Assembly: GCA_965203555.1 (NCBI GenBank)
Contig: CBDBCY010000002.1
Coordinates: forward strand, 64,001-128,000
Direction of reading: 5' to 3'
DNA: 64,000 bases
DNA from: Acidimicrobiia bacterium
GTDB lineage: Bacteria > Actinomycetota > Acidimicrobiia > Spongiisociales > ZC4RG35
Part shown: one piece after another, positions 9,502 to 22,610 of the stretch
Layout of the letters: each line of letters begins with the position of its first letter
Numbering within the stretch: position 1 is the stretch's first letter
The notes under the pieces: generated by a model
Databases searched by the model: none
What the model was told of the DNA's origin: nothing
The model's input: only the letters and a program-made list of their open reading frames with translations
Position numbers and translations under genes: made by a program

Positions 9502-10194
9502 ATGCGTGTCCTGATCAACCATCTGACCCGAATGAAGCGCCCCTACGTGTGCGTGGCGGGGGTCGGCACCGACGGTTCTCATGTCCGACCGGTGCTTGAG
9601 AGTGGTCAACTGGGGAGGGACCTGCTGCGCAGTGAGGGCGGACCCTTCACGCTGGGAGCGGTAGTGGACCTTGGCAATACCCGTCACCGTCCGGGTCATC
9701 CCGAAGAAGAGGACTTGGTGTTCCGCCCGGAGTTGATAAAAACGGAAAAGATGCTGACGCCGGCCGAGTTCGCAAAAGTCATGGACCGGTTCGCCAAGTC
9801 CTCTCTGGGAGAGATATTCGGTGACGACCTAGTCCAACTGGGCCGTACCGCGGCAGTTCCCAAGGGCGCGGGAATTGCTTCCTTGGGCGTGTTCCGGGTA
9901 GAGGGCACCAAGCTCTCGCCAGAGGAATTGGAAGATGGCAGAATCAGGCTGATCGTTGCAGATCCCGATCTGGGGGAAATGTCTTTGCCGGTGACCGACA
10001 TCCGATTGTGGGAGCCCGATCACAAGACACCCGTGTGGTCCAGAATCGAGGCAATCCGGCCTGTTCTGGAAAAGAGATGCCTGTTGGCCGTAGGACTCAG
10101 CAGGGCTTTCCCGCCCGACTCTCCTGATTCCCGGCACTGGCTGCAGGTGAACAACATCTTCCCGATCGATGATCCACTCTGGGCGAGGGAGTAG
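9502..10194 (+). CDS. Dual OB-fold domain protein
   Basis: ATG after AGGAGG; TRM...CVAG......VRPV N-terminus, SLG, L.VTD, GLSRAF; the usual partner of tandem DUF488 genes. Confidence 0.7.
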   Translation: MRVLINHLTRMKRPYVCVAGVGTDGSHVRPVLESGQLGRDLLRSEGGPFTLGAVVDLGNTRHRPGHPEEEDLVFRPELIKTEKMLTPAEFAKVMDRFAKSSLGEIFGDDLVQLGRTAAVPKGAGIASLGVFRVEGTKLSPEELEDGRIRLIVADPDLGEMSLPVTDIRLWEPDHKTPVWSRIEAIRPVLEKRCLLAVGLSRAFPPDSPDSRHWLQVNNIFPIDDPLWARE

Positions 10195-10481
10195 AGGCCG
10201 GCCAGTGGTGCGGACCGCCGGAGGGAAGAGAAGCCCTCTTCGGCCAAGCGGGATTGGCAAAAACCTTCAGACAGATGGTGATTTTTGTCCCAAGGCCATG
10301 TCGAAGTGATGCTGGATGGGTTCGTTCCAGGGTTGGGGCCCGGCCGTAGTGGCCGAGTTGGAAGATGGCGGGAGGTAACCGTCGGTGATGAGCGGCATGG
10401 ACAGCAGGTCGGGTAGGCGTCTTGGCTCCGTTTGATACGGAGTTGTAATCACAACCCCCAACTGGTGGAGGACTCTAAATT

Positions 10482-10920
10482 ATGCGTGCGCTTGATCCTA
10501 AAAGTGGTGGAGACGGTGGGAAGCGGTGGAAGGCCGGTTACCGGAACGGGACACACCCATCCCCTGAGATGCCACAACTCCCGCATTCGGGCTCGTGTTT
10601 TGAAGGGATCCTGATCGGGTTGGTGACCGGTTGTTCCCGGGATGACCACCGAACGCCTGTTGGGCGGACGGGTGTCGGACACTACCTTGCGGGGCCGCCG
10701 GGACGAATGGATCAAAGCGGGAGTGTTCGACGGGCTGGTCACCGAAGCGATCGAGGCCTATGAGCGGATCGTGGGTTTGGATCTGAGCGAAACCGCGGTC
10801 GATGGGGTGCCGGCAAAAGCCCCACTGACCGGGGGAAACTGGGCTGGAAGTGGTCTCCTTTTTTGACCGATCGCAACGGCATACCGGTCAGATGGGCGAT
10901 CGGTGGCGCCAACCGACTCT
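10482..10920 (+). pseudogene. Frameshifted, truncated IS5-family transposase remnant
   Basis: Pieces in shifting frames: MRALDP.., HPL.CH, CFEGIL..LVTGCS, VSDTTLR.RRDEWI.AGVF, LDLSETAVDG, W.WS..TDRNGIPV.W..GGANR. Confidence 0.8.
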
Positions 10921-11091
10921 CTATGAAACCCGGGGGATTCATTGGGCTTCCCTCAGATCGTAGAGGGTTGTTTAGGTTGTTTGGTATCGGCCTGCGATGA
11001 GCCTAGCCGAAGTCGGGCGATCCATCCAACCGCCAAGCTGATCTTCCTATTTAGTGTTTGTTTTGACAACTTGGTGTTATGTGGCATTGTT

Positions 11092-11113
11092 TGTCACACC
11101 CCTGGTGCATACT
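11092..11113 (+). promoter_or_regulatory. PafBC/RecA-NDp-like promoter (TGTCAC-N10-CATACT), leaderless
   Basis: Same spacing as the mycobacterial TGTCGG-N10-TAnnnT motif; ATG follows 7 nt after the -10; near-identical motif at 22582. Confidence 0.55.
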
Positions 11114-11120
11114 GGTATGC

Positions 11121-12371
11121 ATGAACAGAAAAGACATGAACGGAACATCGGTGGCCAACCGGGTGCGCCTGTTGGTGCCTTCTTTGCCGGTTTCGGAGGC
11201 TTCGTTGGAGCAGTTGCGCAAGCGGTTAAAGTCGACTGTCCGTGTTCAGAATCAGGCGGCGGCGATCCGCGCCGAGATCGTGTCGGAGTTGCGCCGCCGG
11301 GAAGGCACCGAGGTGGTAGAAACGGTGTTACAAACCGACGGTCTGCTGGGCCGTCGGAAAGCACGGTCAGAAGTAGAAACCGCCAAAGCATTGGAGGAAC
11401 TACCAAAAACGCGAAAAGGGTTACGCAAAGGTGAGATCTCCCACGACAACGCGCGGATCATCGCCGGCGCCAACCAGCGGGGAGAGATCGACGAGGACGA
11501 ACTGTTGGACGATGCCCGTTCCCAGTCTCCTGACAAGTTCGCGGCGACGGTCCGCAAACACGAACAGGCCCGTGCCCGAGATGATGGTGTTTCGAAGTTG
11601 GAGCATCAGCGTTCGCGGAGGTTCGCCAGGATCACCACCGACCAAGACGACGGGATGACCGTCCTTTACGGCCGGTTCGATCCGGTCACCGGTGCTCGGG
11701 TGGAAACGGCCGTGTCACACATGATGAAACAACTATGGCACAAAGAAGACCCCCGGAACCGGGCCACATCAGGACAGAGAATGGCCGACGCCTTGGCCGA
11801 ACTGGTGACCCGGGAAGGAAAAGACGGCCGGTCCCAGGATGTGCGCCTGTTGCTGATCGCCGACTACGACACCATCAATCAACAACTGAAAGATGCCCGC
11901 CTGGGGGACGGGACTCCCATTCCCGCCCGGGCGTTTCGTCAACTGGCCTGTGACGCTCAGATCCTGCCCGCCATCTTCTCAGGGTCTTCGATACCCCTGG
12001 ATCTGGGACGGGCCAGACGCAAAGCCAGCCCGGCCCAACGCTCCGCGCTCATCGCCCGCGATCAACACTGTGTCGGCTGCGGAGCCAAAGCCGCCTGGTG
12101 CCAGGCGCATCACATCGTCCACTGGGCCGACGGAGGCCCCACCGACCTGGACAACATGTGTCTGCTGTGCAGCAGATGCCACCACAAAGTACACGACCAA
12201 AACTGGACAGTACACCAGTCACCGGCAGGAACCTACAGCCTCCGCCGACCACCCACCCAATGGGGACGCCCACCCCGCCAACCCACCTCTTACCGCCGCT
12301 ACCCCCGCAAACGCCGACCCAACCGCCGCTACCCTCGCAAACGCCGACCCACCATAAAACAACGAAAATAA
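11121..12371 (+). CDS. DUF222 (13E12-repeat family) HNH endonuclease
   Basis: QRMADAL, RQLACDA, LDLGR, ALIARDQHC..C, HHIVHWADGGPTDLDN.CLLC.RCH. Confidence 0.9.
   Translation: MNRKDMNGTSVANRVRLLVPSLPVSEASLEQLRKRLKSTVRVQNQAAAIRAEIVSELRRREGTEVVETVLQTDGLLGRRKARSEVETAKALEELPKTRKGLRKGEISHDNARIIAGANQRGEIDEDELLDDARSQSPDKFAATVRKHEQARARDDGVSKLEHQRSRRFARITTDQDDGMTVLYGRFDPVTGARVETAVSHMMKQLWHKEDPRNRATSGQRMADALAELVTREGKDGRSQDVRLLLIADYDTINQQLKDARLGDGTPIPARAFRQLACDAQILPAIFSGSSIPLDLGRARRKASPAQRSALIARDQHCVGCGAKAAWCQAHHIVHWADGGPTDLDNMCLLCSRCHHKVHDQNWTVHQSPAGTYSLRRPPTQWGRPPRQPTSYRRYPRKRRPNRRYPRKRRPTIKQRK
12292..12351 (+). repeat. 30-bp tandem duplication in the HNH C-terminal tail
   Basis: ACCGCCGCTACCC(C/T)CGCAAACGCCGACCCA twice, encoding RRYPRKRRP twice. 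Confidence 0.9.
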
Positions 12372-12824
12372 ACAGACCACTTCCCCCGACTCTCCACCCC
12401 CTCCGACACAGCCGTAGAATCCCCCCGGTTTTCCCACTCTTGCCCCGCGGCATCACCCTCCTATTTGGGTTTCCCCTCCCGACCCGCCGCCTCCTGACCG
12501 TCACAAAAATTCGGATAGGCGCAGGCCTGCCCGAACCCGAAACAAACCAGTATTCGGCTAGATAGTCCACTCTCGGGGACACTGTCAAACCAGCGTCTCG
12601 ACCGAGAACAAGACCGATCTGATGACCGCGGTCCGGACCGCACATTCATGTTTGTCCATTCAATATGCAACAGACCTGAGACAAAATACAAGCATTACAC
12701 AGCGAATTCTCAAAGAAAATATCGCGAATCTCAACAGAATTTCCGCACTTTAGTGTCAGATTTCGCGATTCTGTCCACATAGGAAGGTTTCCGACCTACC
12801 AAAGGGGAATTAAACTGAAGGAGA

Positions 12825-13790
12825 GTGGGTTGGCTGACAGGCTGGCGGAGGAGACGCGGGTCTTCTGAACGGGGGAAATCTCGTACCCGGGTGGATCCGA
12901 CCGTCTCCGCCCTGGCCAAGACACGGCAGGCTTTGTGGGGGGTGTTCCGGTCGATAGCTGGTGGTGACCGACTGGACGGGGACTTTTGGAACGGATTGGA
13001 AGATGCGCTGGTGGCGGCCGACATCGGCGTGGAGCTCTCCGTCGAATTGGTGGAGGCGGTGCGTAGGGGAAAGCCGTCGGATCGCGCCGGCGTCCGGGCC
13101 CTGCTGGCCGAACGGATGCTGGCGCTGTTCAGCGAACAGGACCGTAGCCTGGACTGCTCCGGTAACGGTTCTCCGGGGGTGGTGATGGTGGTGGGGGTGA
13201 ACGGCGCCGGCAAGACCACCACCGCGGCAAAGATCGTTCATCTGCTGACCTCCCAGGACAAGGAGTGTCTGCTGGGAGCGGCCGACACCTACCGTCCGGC
13301 GGCCCAGCAGCAATTGGGCGCCTGGGCGCGGTCACTGGGAGTGGATATGGTGGGAGGTAGGGAAGGAGCGGATCCGGCGGCGGTGGCCCGCGACGCCTGG
13401 TGGGCTGCAAAAAACCGGGGTCGGGAGGTGGTCGTGATCGACACGGCCGGGCGCCTTCATTCCAAGACCCATCTGATGGACCAACTGGAGAAGATGAAGC
13501 GAGTGCTGGTGAAGGCGGCCGGAAAGGTGGACGAGGTGCTGCTGGTTCTGGATGCCTCCACCGGTCAGAACGGTCTGGCCCAGGCGCGGGAGTTCTGCGA
13601 CCGGGTGGGTGTGACCGGGGTGGTTCTGACCAAACTGGACGGTACCGCCCGGGGAGGGGTGGCTGTGGCGGTGGAGCGTCGGCTGGGCGCACCGGTCAAG
13701 ATGGTGGGTACCGGTGAGGGCCTTTCAGATCTTGCCCCGTTCTCGGCCGACACTTTCGTGCGCGCCCTGTTGGAGGAGGATTCCCGATGA
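12825..13790 (+). CDS. ftsY: Signal recognition particle receptor
   Basis: GVNGAGKTTT, DTAGRL and TKLDGTARGG motifs. Confidence 0.96.
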   Translation: MGWLTGWRRRRGSSERGKSRTRVDPTVSALAKTRQALWGVFRSIAGGDRLDGDFWNGLEDALVAADIGVELSVELVEAVRRGKPSDRAGVRALLAERMLALFSEQDRSLDCSGNGSPGVVMVVGVNGAGKTTTAAKIVHLLTSQDKECLLGAADTYRPAAQQQLGAWARSLGVDMVGGREGADPAAVARDAWWAAKNRGREVVVIDTAGRLHSKTHLMDQLEKMKRVLVKAAGKVDEVLLVLDASTGQNGLAQAREFCDRVGVTGVVLTKLDGTARGGVAVAVERRLGAPVKMVGTGEGLSDLAPFSADTFVRALLEEDSR

Positions 13791-14209
13791 CAGACCCCGG
13801 ATTCTTGGTCGAGAAGGCCCGCCAGGCCGGCCTCAACTCCTACTCTCCGTATTCGGGGTTCAGGGTGGGATCCGCCCTGTTGGCAGAGGACGGCGCGGTT
13901 TACACCGGTACCAATGTGGAGAACGCAGCCTATCCGGTCTCCAACTGCGCGGAGGTGACTGCGGTCAACACGGCGGTGGCAGCCGGGGTAAGGAGGATCG
14001 AGACGGTGGCAGTGGTGTGCCTCGACGCGGGGTCGATCGACGATGCCTACCCGTGCGGAGGGTGCCGGCAGGTGATGAACGAGTTCGGCGTGCAGACGGT
14101 GCTGGTGGCCGCCGGCGACGGTCCTCATCGTGCACATGCCCTCTCCGAGTTGTTGCCGTATGGATTCTCGGGTGAGACCCTTTTGACACAGGCGCCGGCC
14201 TGCAAGTGA
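13787..14209 (+). CDS. cdd: Cytidine deaminase
   Basis: YSPYSGF.VG, NVEN, CAE and PCGGCRQ motifs. Confidence 0.95.
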   Translation: MTDPGFLVEKARQAGLNSYSPYSGFRVGSALLAEDGAVYTGTNVENAAYPVSNCAEVTAVNTAVAAGVRRIETVAVVCLDAGSIDDAYPCGGCRQVMNEFGVQTVLVAAGDGPHRAHALSELLPYGFSGETLLTQAPACK

Positions 14210-14294
14210 GGAATCCGACCAGCGGGACGCAGGTAGAATTCCGGGAGTCGTCACCCCCCTCTACGGGGTCGAAAATCGGGCGGAAGGAATCCCC

Positions 14295-15575
14295 ATGATC
14301 GATATGCGTCCCCTCTCGGAGGTGGATCCCCGCGCTGCCGTTTTGATCCGGCGTGACGTGGAGCGCCAGAACAGCCATATTCATCTGATCGCATCCGAGA
14401 ACTTCGCCTCCCCGGCGGTCATGGCCGCCTCCGGCTCGATCTTCACCAACAAATACGCGGAGGGATACCCCGGACGCCGTTACTACGAGGGTTGCCAGGT
14501 GGTGGACGAGATCGAAACGCTGGCTATAGAGCGAGCCAAGGAGTTGTTCGGCGCCGAGGCCGCCAACGTTCAGCCCCATTCAGGCGCCCAGGCCAACATG
14601 AGCGTCTACTTCTCCCTTTTGAAACCGGGAGACAGGGTGTTGGGGATGAGGCTCGATCAGGGTGGGCACCTTACCCACGGGTCGCCGGCCAATTTCTCGG
14701 GTCTGTACTACGACTTCGTTGCCTACGGAGTCGATCCGGACACCGAACAGATCGACATGGATCAGGTGAGGTCCCTGGCTCACCGGCACCGTCCCCGGAT
14801 ACTGCTGGCGGGATACTCCGCCTATTCCCGGCACCTCGACTACCAGGGATTCCGGGAGATCGCCGACGAGGTGGGCGCCATTTTCATGGTCGACGCCGCC
14901 CACTTCATCGGGCTGGTGGCCGGCAGGGCCTATCCCAATCCGGTTCCCCACGCCGATATCGTCACCGGCACCACCCACAAGGCCCTCCGCGGTCCCCGCG
15001 GCGGCTTGGCTCTGGCCAGGGACGAGTATTCCGGTGCGATCAACAAGGCGGTGTTTCCCAATGCCCAGGGCGGGCCGCTCATCAATCAGGTAGCGGCCAA
15101 GGCGGTGTGTTTTCTGGAGGCCTCCACGCCCCAATTCCACTCCTACGTCACCCAGATCATCCGCAACGCCTCCGCCATGGCCACCGCGGTGCAGGAAGCC
15201 GGCGCCCGGGTGGTGTCGGGAGGCACGGACAATCATCTGTTCCTGATCGACCTCAGATCGGTTGATCCCGATCTGACCGGTCGGGCCGCGGCCCGCCTGC
15301 TGGACGGGTTGGGAATAACCCTCAACTTCAACACCATTCCCTTCGATCCGCGCCCTCCCTACCGGGCCTCGGGTCTGCGGATCGGGACTCCTGCCATGAC
15401 CTCGCAGGGCATGACCGAGGCGGAGGCTGCCCGGGTGGGTTCCCTCATAGTGAAGGCCCTCCAGGAACGCCGCCAAGATGGGGTGTTACAGGACATATCG
15501 GGCCAGGTTTCGGAGTTGGCTTCCTCCTTCCCGCCCTATCCGTCCGGTTTTCGAGGATACGGCGAATCCGTATAA
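14295..15575 (+). CDS. glyA: Serine hydroxymethyltransferase
   Basis: LIASEN, NKYAEGYPG.RYY.G, GGHLTHG, TTHKALRGPRGG. Confidence 0.97.
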   Translation: MIDMRPLSEVDPRAAVLIRRDVERQNSHIHLIASENFASPAVMAASGSIFTNKYAEGYPGRRYYEGCQVVDEIETLAIERAKELFGAEAANVQPHSGAQANMSVYFSLLKPGDRVLGMRLDQGGHLTHGSPANFSGLYYDFVAYGVDPDTEQIDMDQVRSLAHRHRPRILLAGYSAYSRHLDYQGFREIADEVGAIFMVDAAHFIGLVAGRAYPNPVPHADIVTGTTHKALRGPRGGLALARDEYSGAINKAVFPNAQGGPLINQVAAKAVCFLEASTPQFHSYVTQIIRNASAMATAVQEAGARVVSGGTDNHLFLIDLRSVDPDLTGRAAARLLDGLGITLNFNTIPFDPRPPYRASGLRIGTPAMTSQGMTEAEAARVGSLIVKALQERRQDGVLQDISGQVSELASSFPPYPSGFRGYGESV

Positions 15576-15610
15576 CCTTTGGCTTTGGTACTCGTAGCGC
15601 AGGAGAGATC

Positions 15611-15978
15611 TTGGACGTAGAGGCAATAATCGGGCGCCGCCTGGCGGGGCGAGCGCTCCTGATAGCGCCCCTGGCAGGGGTGGTTTCGTGGGCGCTGTGG
15701 ACCGGTGCGGCCGGGGTTTGGGCAGTAGTCGGCGCCCTTGCGGCGGCCGGTTCGTTCGCAGCCACCGGCTGGGTGCTTTCCCTGGCGGCTCGCCGTTCCT
15801 TCTTTACCCTGGGTGCGGTGGCTTTCGGCGGTTTCGTGATCCGGTTGGCGATGATCACCCTGCTGGTTTGGGCGGCCGTAGCCGTCTGGGAGGCCCACCT
15901 GTACGGGATGTTCCTGGGGGTGGGAGCGTCCTGGTTGGGATCCCTCACCATCGAGGCTCGTAGACAGGTGGCCACCGG

Positions 15979-15982
<4 letters not shown>
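15611..15982 (+). CDS. atpI: ATP synthase protein I-like membrane protein
   Basis: Four hydrophobic segments; overlaps the atpB start. Confidence 0.65.
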
Positions 15983-17012
<1,030 letters not shown>

Positions 17013-17014
17013 GA

Positions 17015-17563
17015 ATGTCGCCGGATCTCCTCATACTGGCCGCCTCGGAAGAAAAATCGGGCCTGTTCCTGATTCTTCCCGACCCGGCCGAACTGGTTTG
17101 GGGAGCGGTGAGCTTTGTGGTGATCGTCTTCCTGATCTGGAAGTTCGCCATGCCGGCTCTCGACCGCACGCTGGAGGCTCGCCGTTCGGCGGTGGTCTCC
17201 CAGTTGGAAGAGGCCGAGCAGGCCAAGGGAGCGGCGGAACGGTTGCGCGAAACCCGCCAACGTGAACTGGACGAAGCCGCCCGGGAAGCGGACCGGATCT
17301 TGGAATCGGCCCGGTCGGACGCCGACAGCCTTCGCCAGGAGGCGATCGACCGCGCTGCCGCCGAAGCCGCCCAGATAACCGAGCGGGCTCGCGCCGAGGC
17401 GGCGAACGAGCATGCCCGGGTCCGTGAAGAGGCCCGCCGGGAAATAACCGTCCTCTCTTTGGACATCGCCGAAAAGGTGGTGGGGTCCCAGATCGACTCT
17501 TCCGCCCACCAGATGCTGGTGGATGATTACATCCGGGAACTGGAGAGAGAAACGGCAGAATGA
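17015..17563 (+). CDS. atpF: ATP synthase F0 subunit b
   Basis: N-terminal TM followed by coiled coil; GGAGG SD before ATG at 17015. Confidence 0.93.
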   Translation: MSPDLLILAASEEKSGLFLILPDPAELVWGAVSFVVIVFLIWKFAMPALDRTLEARRSAVVSQLEEAEQAKGAAERLRETRQRELDEAAREADRILESARSDADSLRQEAIDRAAAEAAQITERARAEAANEHARVREEARREITVLSLDIAEKVVGSQIDSSAHQMLVDDYIRELERETAE

Positions 17564-18093
17564 GCGAAGTCACCGACGGCTACGCTGACGCTCTGTTCGG
17601 GCTGGCTTCGGCGGAGTCGCAACTCGAACGGGTGGAGAGCGAGCTGTACTCGTTGGCTCGGGCGGTGGAGGGCTCTGCGAAGTTGACCGATGCCCTGTCC
17701 GATCCGCACCTGCCCTCCGATCGACTGCAAAACCTGATGTCGGAAATCCTGGCTGATCAGGCCGCCCCGGTAACCCGGGAGGCGGTCAGCCTTCTGATCC
17801 GCATGAACCGGCTTTCGGATCTGGTGGCGATCGCCGATCGGCTGGCCGAGAAGGCGGCGCTTTCCCGGGGCCGCAAGATTGCCGAGGTGCGGTCCGCCGT
17901 TGCGTTGTCGCCGGACACCGTCGCCCGGCTGGAGGATGTTCTCTCCAAGGTGGTGGGGCATCCGGTGGAGGCCAGAGTGGTGGTCGACGCCGAAGTACTG
18001 GGCGGGTTGGTGGCCCGGGTGGGGGATCTGGTGGTGGACGGGACCGTCCGCTCGCGGATGAACCAGGTGCGCGCCCTGCTGGCCGATGTTTGA
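17560..18093 (+). CDS. atpH: ATP synthase F1 subunit delta
   Basis: YADALF and LGGLVARVGD.VVDGT motifs. Confidence 0.94.
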   Translation: MSEVTDGYADALFGLASAESQLERVESELYSLARAVEGSAKLTDALSDPHLPSDRLQNLMSEILADQAAPVTREAVSLLIRMNRLSDLVAIADRLAEKAALSRGRKIAEVRSAVALSPDTVARLEDVLSKVVGHPVEARVVVDAEVLGGLVARVGDLVVDGTVRSRMNQVRALLADV

Positions 18094-18109
18094 ATCTAAG
18101 GAGTAGCCA

Positions 18110-19627
18110 ATGGCCCAGATGACAATCACCGCCCACGACATAACCGAGGCGCTCCGAAAGTCCCTGGAAGACTGGAGGCCCTCCATCTCGCGGGAGACGG
18201 TGGGTTACGTGTCTTCCATCGCTGACGGAGTTGCCAAGGTCAAGGGCCTTCCCCAGGCCATGTCCTCGGAACTCCTAGAATTCGATGCAGGACTGCTCGG
18301 AGTGGTGCTCGACCTGGACGAGGACTCGATCGGTGTGGTCATGATGGGAGAATCAAACCATGTGGAGGAGGGAGACCCGGTCCGCCAGACCAGCCGGGTG
18401 CTGGAGATCGGGGTGGGAGACGAACTCCTGGGCAGGGTGATCGATCCTTTGGGCAATCCGATCGACGGCAAGGGCCCGATCAACACCACTGCCCGTCGTC
18501 GCCTGGAGGTCCAGGCGCCCACCGTGGTGGAGCGCCAGCCGGTCCACGAGCCGCTGCAGACCGGCATCAAGGCGATAGACGCCATGACCCCGGTGGGGCG
18601 AGGACAGCGGGAGTTGATAATCGGTGACCGCCAGACCGGAAAGACGGCGGTGGTGGTGGACACGATCATCAATCAGCGGGAGGCGGGAGTCAAGTGCGTG
18701 TACGTTGCGGTAGGTCAGAAGGCCTCCACCGTGGCCGAGGTGGTCGCCTCCCTCGAAGAGCACGGCGCCATGGAGTACACGGTGGTGGTGAACGCCTCCG
18801 CTGCCGCGCCCCCGGCGCTGCAGATGTATGCGCCTTATGCGGGGTCGGCCATCGGTCAGTACTGGATGTACAACGGCGAACATGCACTGGTCATCTTCGA
18901 CGATCTCTCCAAGCAGGCGGTGGCCTACAGGGAGATTGCGCTGCTGTTGCGCCGTCCTCCCGGCAGGGAAGCCTATCCGGGAGACGTGTTCTACCTGCAC
19001 AGCCGGTTGCTGGAGCGGTGTGCGAAGCTCTCCGACGAACTGGGAGGAGGTTCCATGACGGGACTTCCCATCGTGGAGACGAAAGCCGGAGATGTCTCGG
19101 CTTTTATTCCCACCAACGTGATCTCCATCACCGACGGACAGATCTACCTGGAGACCGACCTCTTCTATTCGGGAGTCCGTCCCGCCATCAATGCGGGAAT
19201 CTCGGTTTCCAGGGTGGGTGGCGCCGCCCAGTTGAGCGCCATGAAGAAAGTGGCCGGACCTATCCGGATCAACCTGGCCCAGTACCGGGAACTGGAGGCG
19301 TTCGCCCAGTTCGGTTCGGAACTGGATGCAGTTTCGCAATCGCAGTTGGAGAGGGGCGCCAGGGTGGTCGAGGTTCTCAAGCAGCCGCAGTTCCGTCCTG
19401 CTGCCGTGGAGGAGCAGGTCGTTTCCCTCTACGCGGTGACCAATGGATACATGGACGACGTTGCGGTATCGCAGATCCAGCGGTTCGAGAGAGAACTGAA
19501 CGCTCACATGCGCCGCCGTCACGGGCACCTGTTGCGTGGTATCGTCGAAACCGGGAAGCTCCCGGACCTCACGGCCCTGGACGCCGCTTTGAGGGAGTTC
19601 GCCGACAGCTTCCGTTCGGGAGACTGA
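18110..19627 (+). CDS. atpA: ATP synthase F1 subunit alpha
   Basis: GDRQTGKT and [23 protein letters not shown]. Confidence 0.98.
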   Translation: MAQMTITAHDITEALRKSLEDWRPSISRETVGYVSSIADGVAKVKGLPQAMSSELLEFDAGLLGVVLDLDEDSIGVVMMGESNHVEEGDPVRQTSRVLEIGVGDELLGRVIDPLGNPIDGKGPINTTARRRLEVQAPTVVERQPVHEPLQTGIKAIDAMTPVGRGQRELIIGDRQTGKTAVVVDTIINQREAGVKCVYVAVGQKASTVAEVVASLEEHGAMEYTVVVNASAAAPPALQMYAPYAGSAIGQYWMYNGEHALVIFDDLSKQAVAYREIALLLRRPPGREAYPGDVFYLHSRLLERCAKLSDELGGGSMTGLPIVETKAGDVSAFIPTNVISITDGQIYLETDLFYSGVRPAINAGISVSRVGGAAQLSAMKKVAGPIRINLAQYRELEAFAQFGSELDAVSQSQLERGARVVEVLKQPQFRPAAVEEQVVSLYAVTNGYMDDVAVSQIQRFERELNAHMRRRHGHLLRGIVETGKLPDLTALDAALREFADSFRSGD

Positions 19628-19637
19628 GAGTCCGCCT

Positions 19638-21975
<2,338 letters not shown>

Positions 21976-21978
21976 CTC

Positions 21979-22308
21979 ATGGCCCGTCCCTTCAGTGTCG
22001 ACGTGGTGTCGCCGGAGGGGACGCTCTGGTCCGGCGACGCCCAGTTCCTGGTGGCTCGCACCACCGAGGGCGAGATCGGGATCCTGGCAGGTCACGAGCC
22101 GTTGATGGCCGCATTGACGGCCGGAGCGGTGCTGATCGACCATGACGACGACCAGCGAACCACCATCGCCGTTCACGGCGGGTTCATGCAGGTGGTGGAG
22201 AACCGCGTCACCCTGCTGACCGACCGCGCCCGGATCACCGCCGGCGACCGGGCCGAGGCCATCGAGGAGGCGCGCCGACTGGCCGAAGGCGAGTCACCGG
22301 ACTTCTAA
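21979..22308 (+). CDS. atpC: ATP synthase F1 subunit epsilon
   Basis: V.VVSPEG, GEIGILAGHEP and GGF motifs; short C-terminus. Confidence 0.94.
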   Translation: MARPFSVDVVSPEGTLWSGDAQFLVARTTEGEIGILAGHEPLMAALTAGAVLIDHDDDQRTTIAVHGGFMQVVENRVTLLTDRARITAGDRAEAIEEARRLAEGESPDF

Positions 22309-22581
22309 CAGAGCCGGTTCCCAGGCGCCGAGTGCCTTCAGGTGGCCTTCGGGAGACATCGAAGCGTGAATGCTCCGGTCCGGCGGCAAGCGCCGGAACC
22401 AAGTGCGGAGGCGCCTGCGGCTCGGGTCCTTACCTGTTCGATGCTCCCTGAGGCTGCGCGTATTTGTGGGGAGCAGGGTTAGGGAGGGGGTCCTTGGTTA
22501 GGGGTCGAGGCTTCGCTGAAATAGGGTGGTGAAAACAAAGGGACTTAGATACATGGGTAGACAGACCCCGACTGTCCTTTT

Positions 22582-22603
22582 TGTCACACCTCCCTCGTAA
22601 CCT
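22582..22603 (+). promoter_or_regulatory. PafBC/RecA-NDp-like promoter (TGTCAC-N10-TAACCT), leaderless, for tnpB
   Basis: Motif spacing; ATG at 22611 is 7 nt after the -10; no SD. Confidence 0.6.
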
Positions 22604-22610
22604 TTCCTGT

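Noticed and set aside
10200-10460. Possible additional transposase or gene fragment on the minus strand
   Set aside because: Too short and ambiguous to assign.
12700-12790. AT-rich stretch with an imperfect inverted repeat and one DnaA-box-like CTGTCCACA
   Set aside because: A single imperfect box with no cluster and no dnaA; not enough to call an origin or operator.
14210-14294. ZTP riboswitch expected upstream of glyA
   Set aside because: No recognisable ZTP consensus elements; only a TAGAAT -10-like hexamer.
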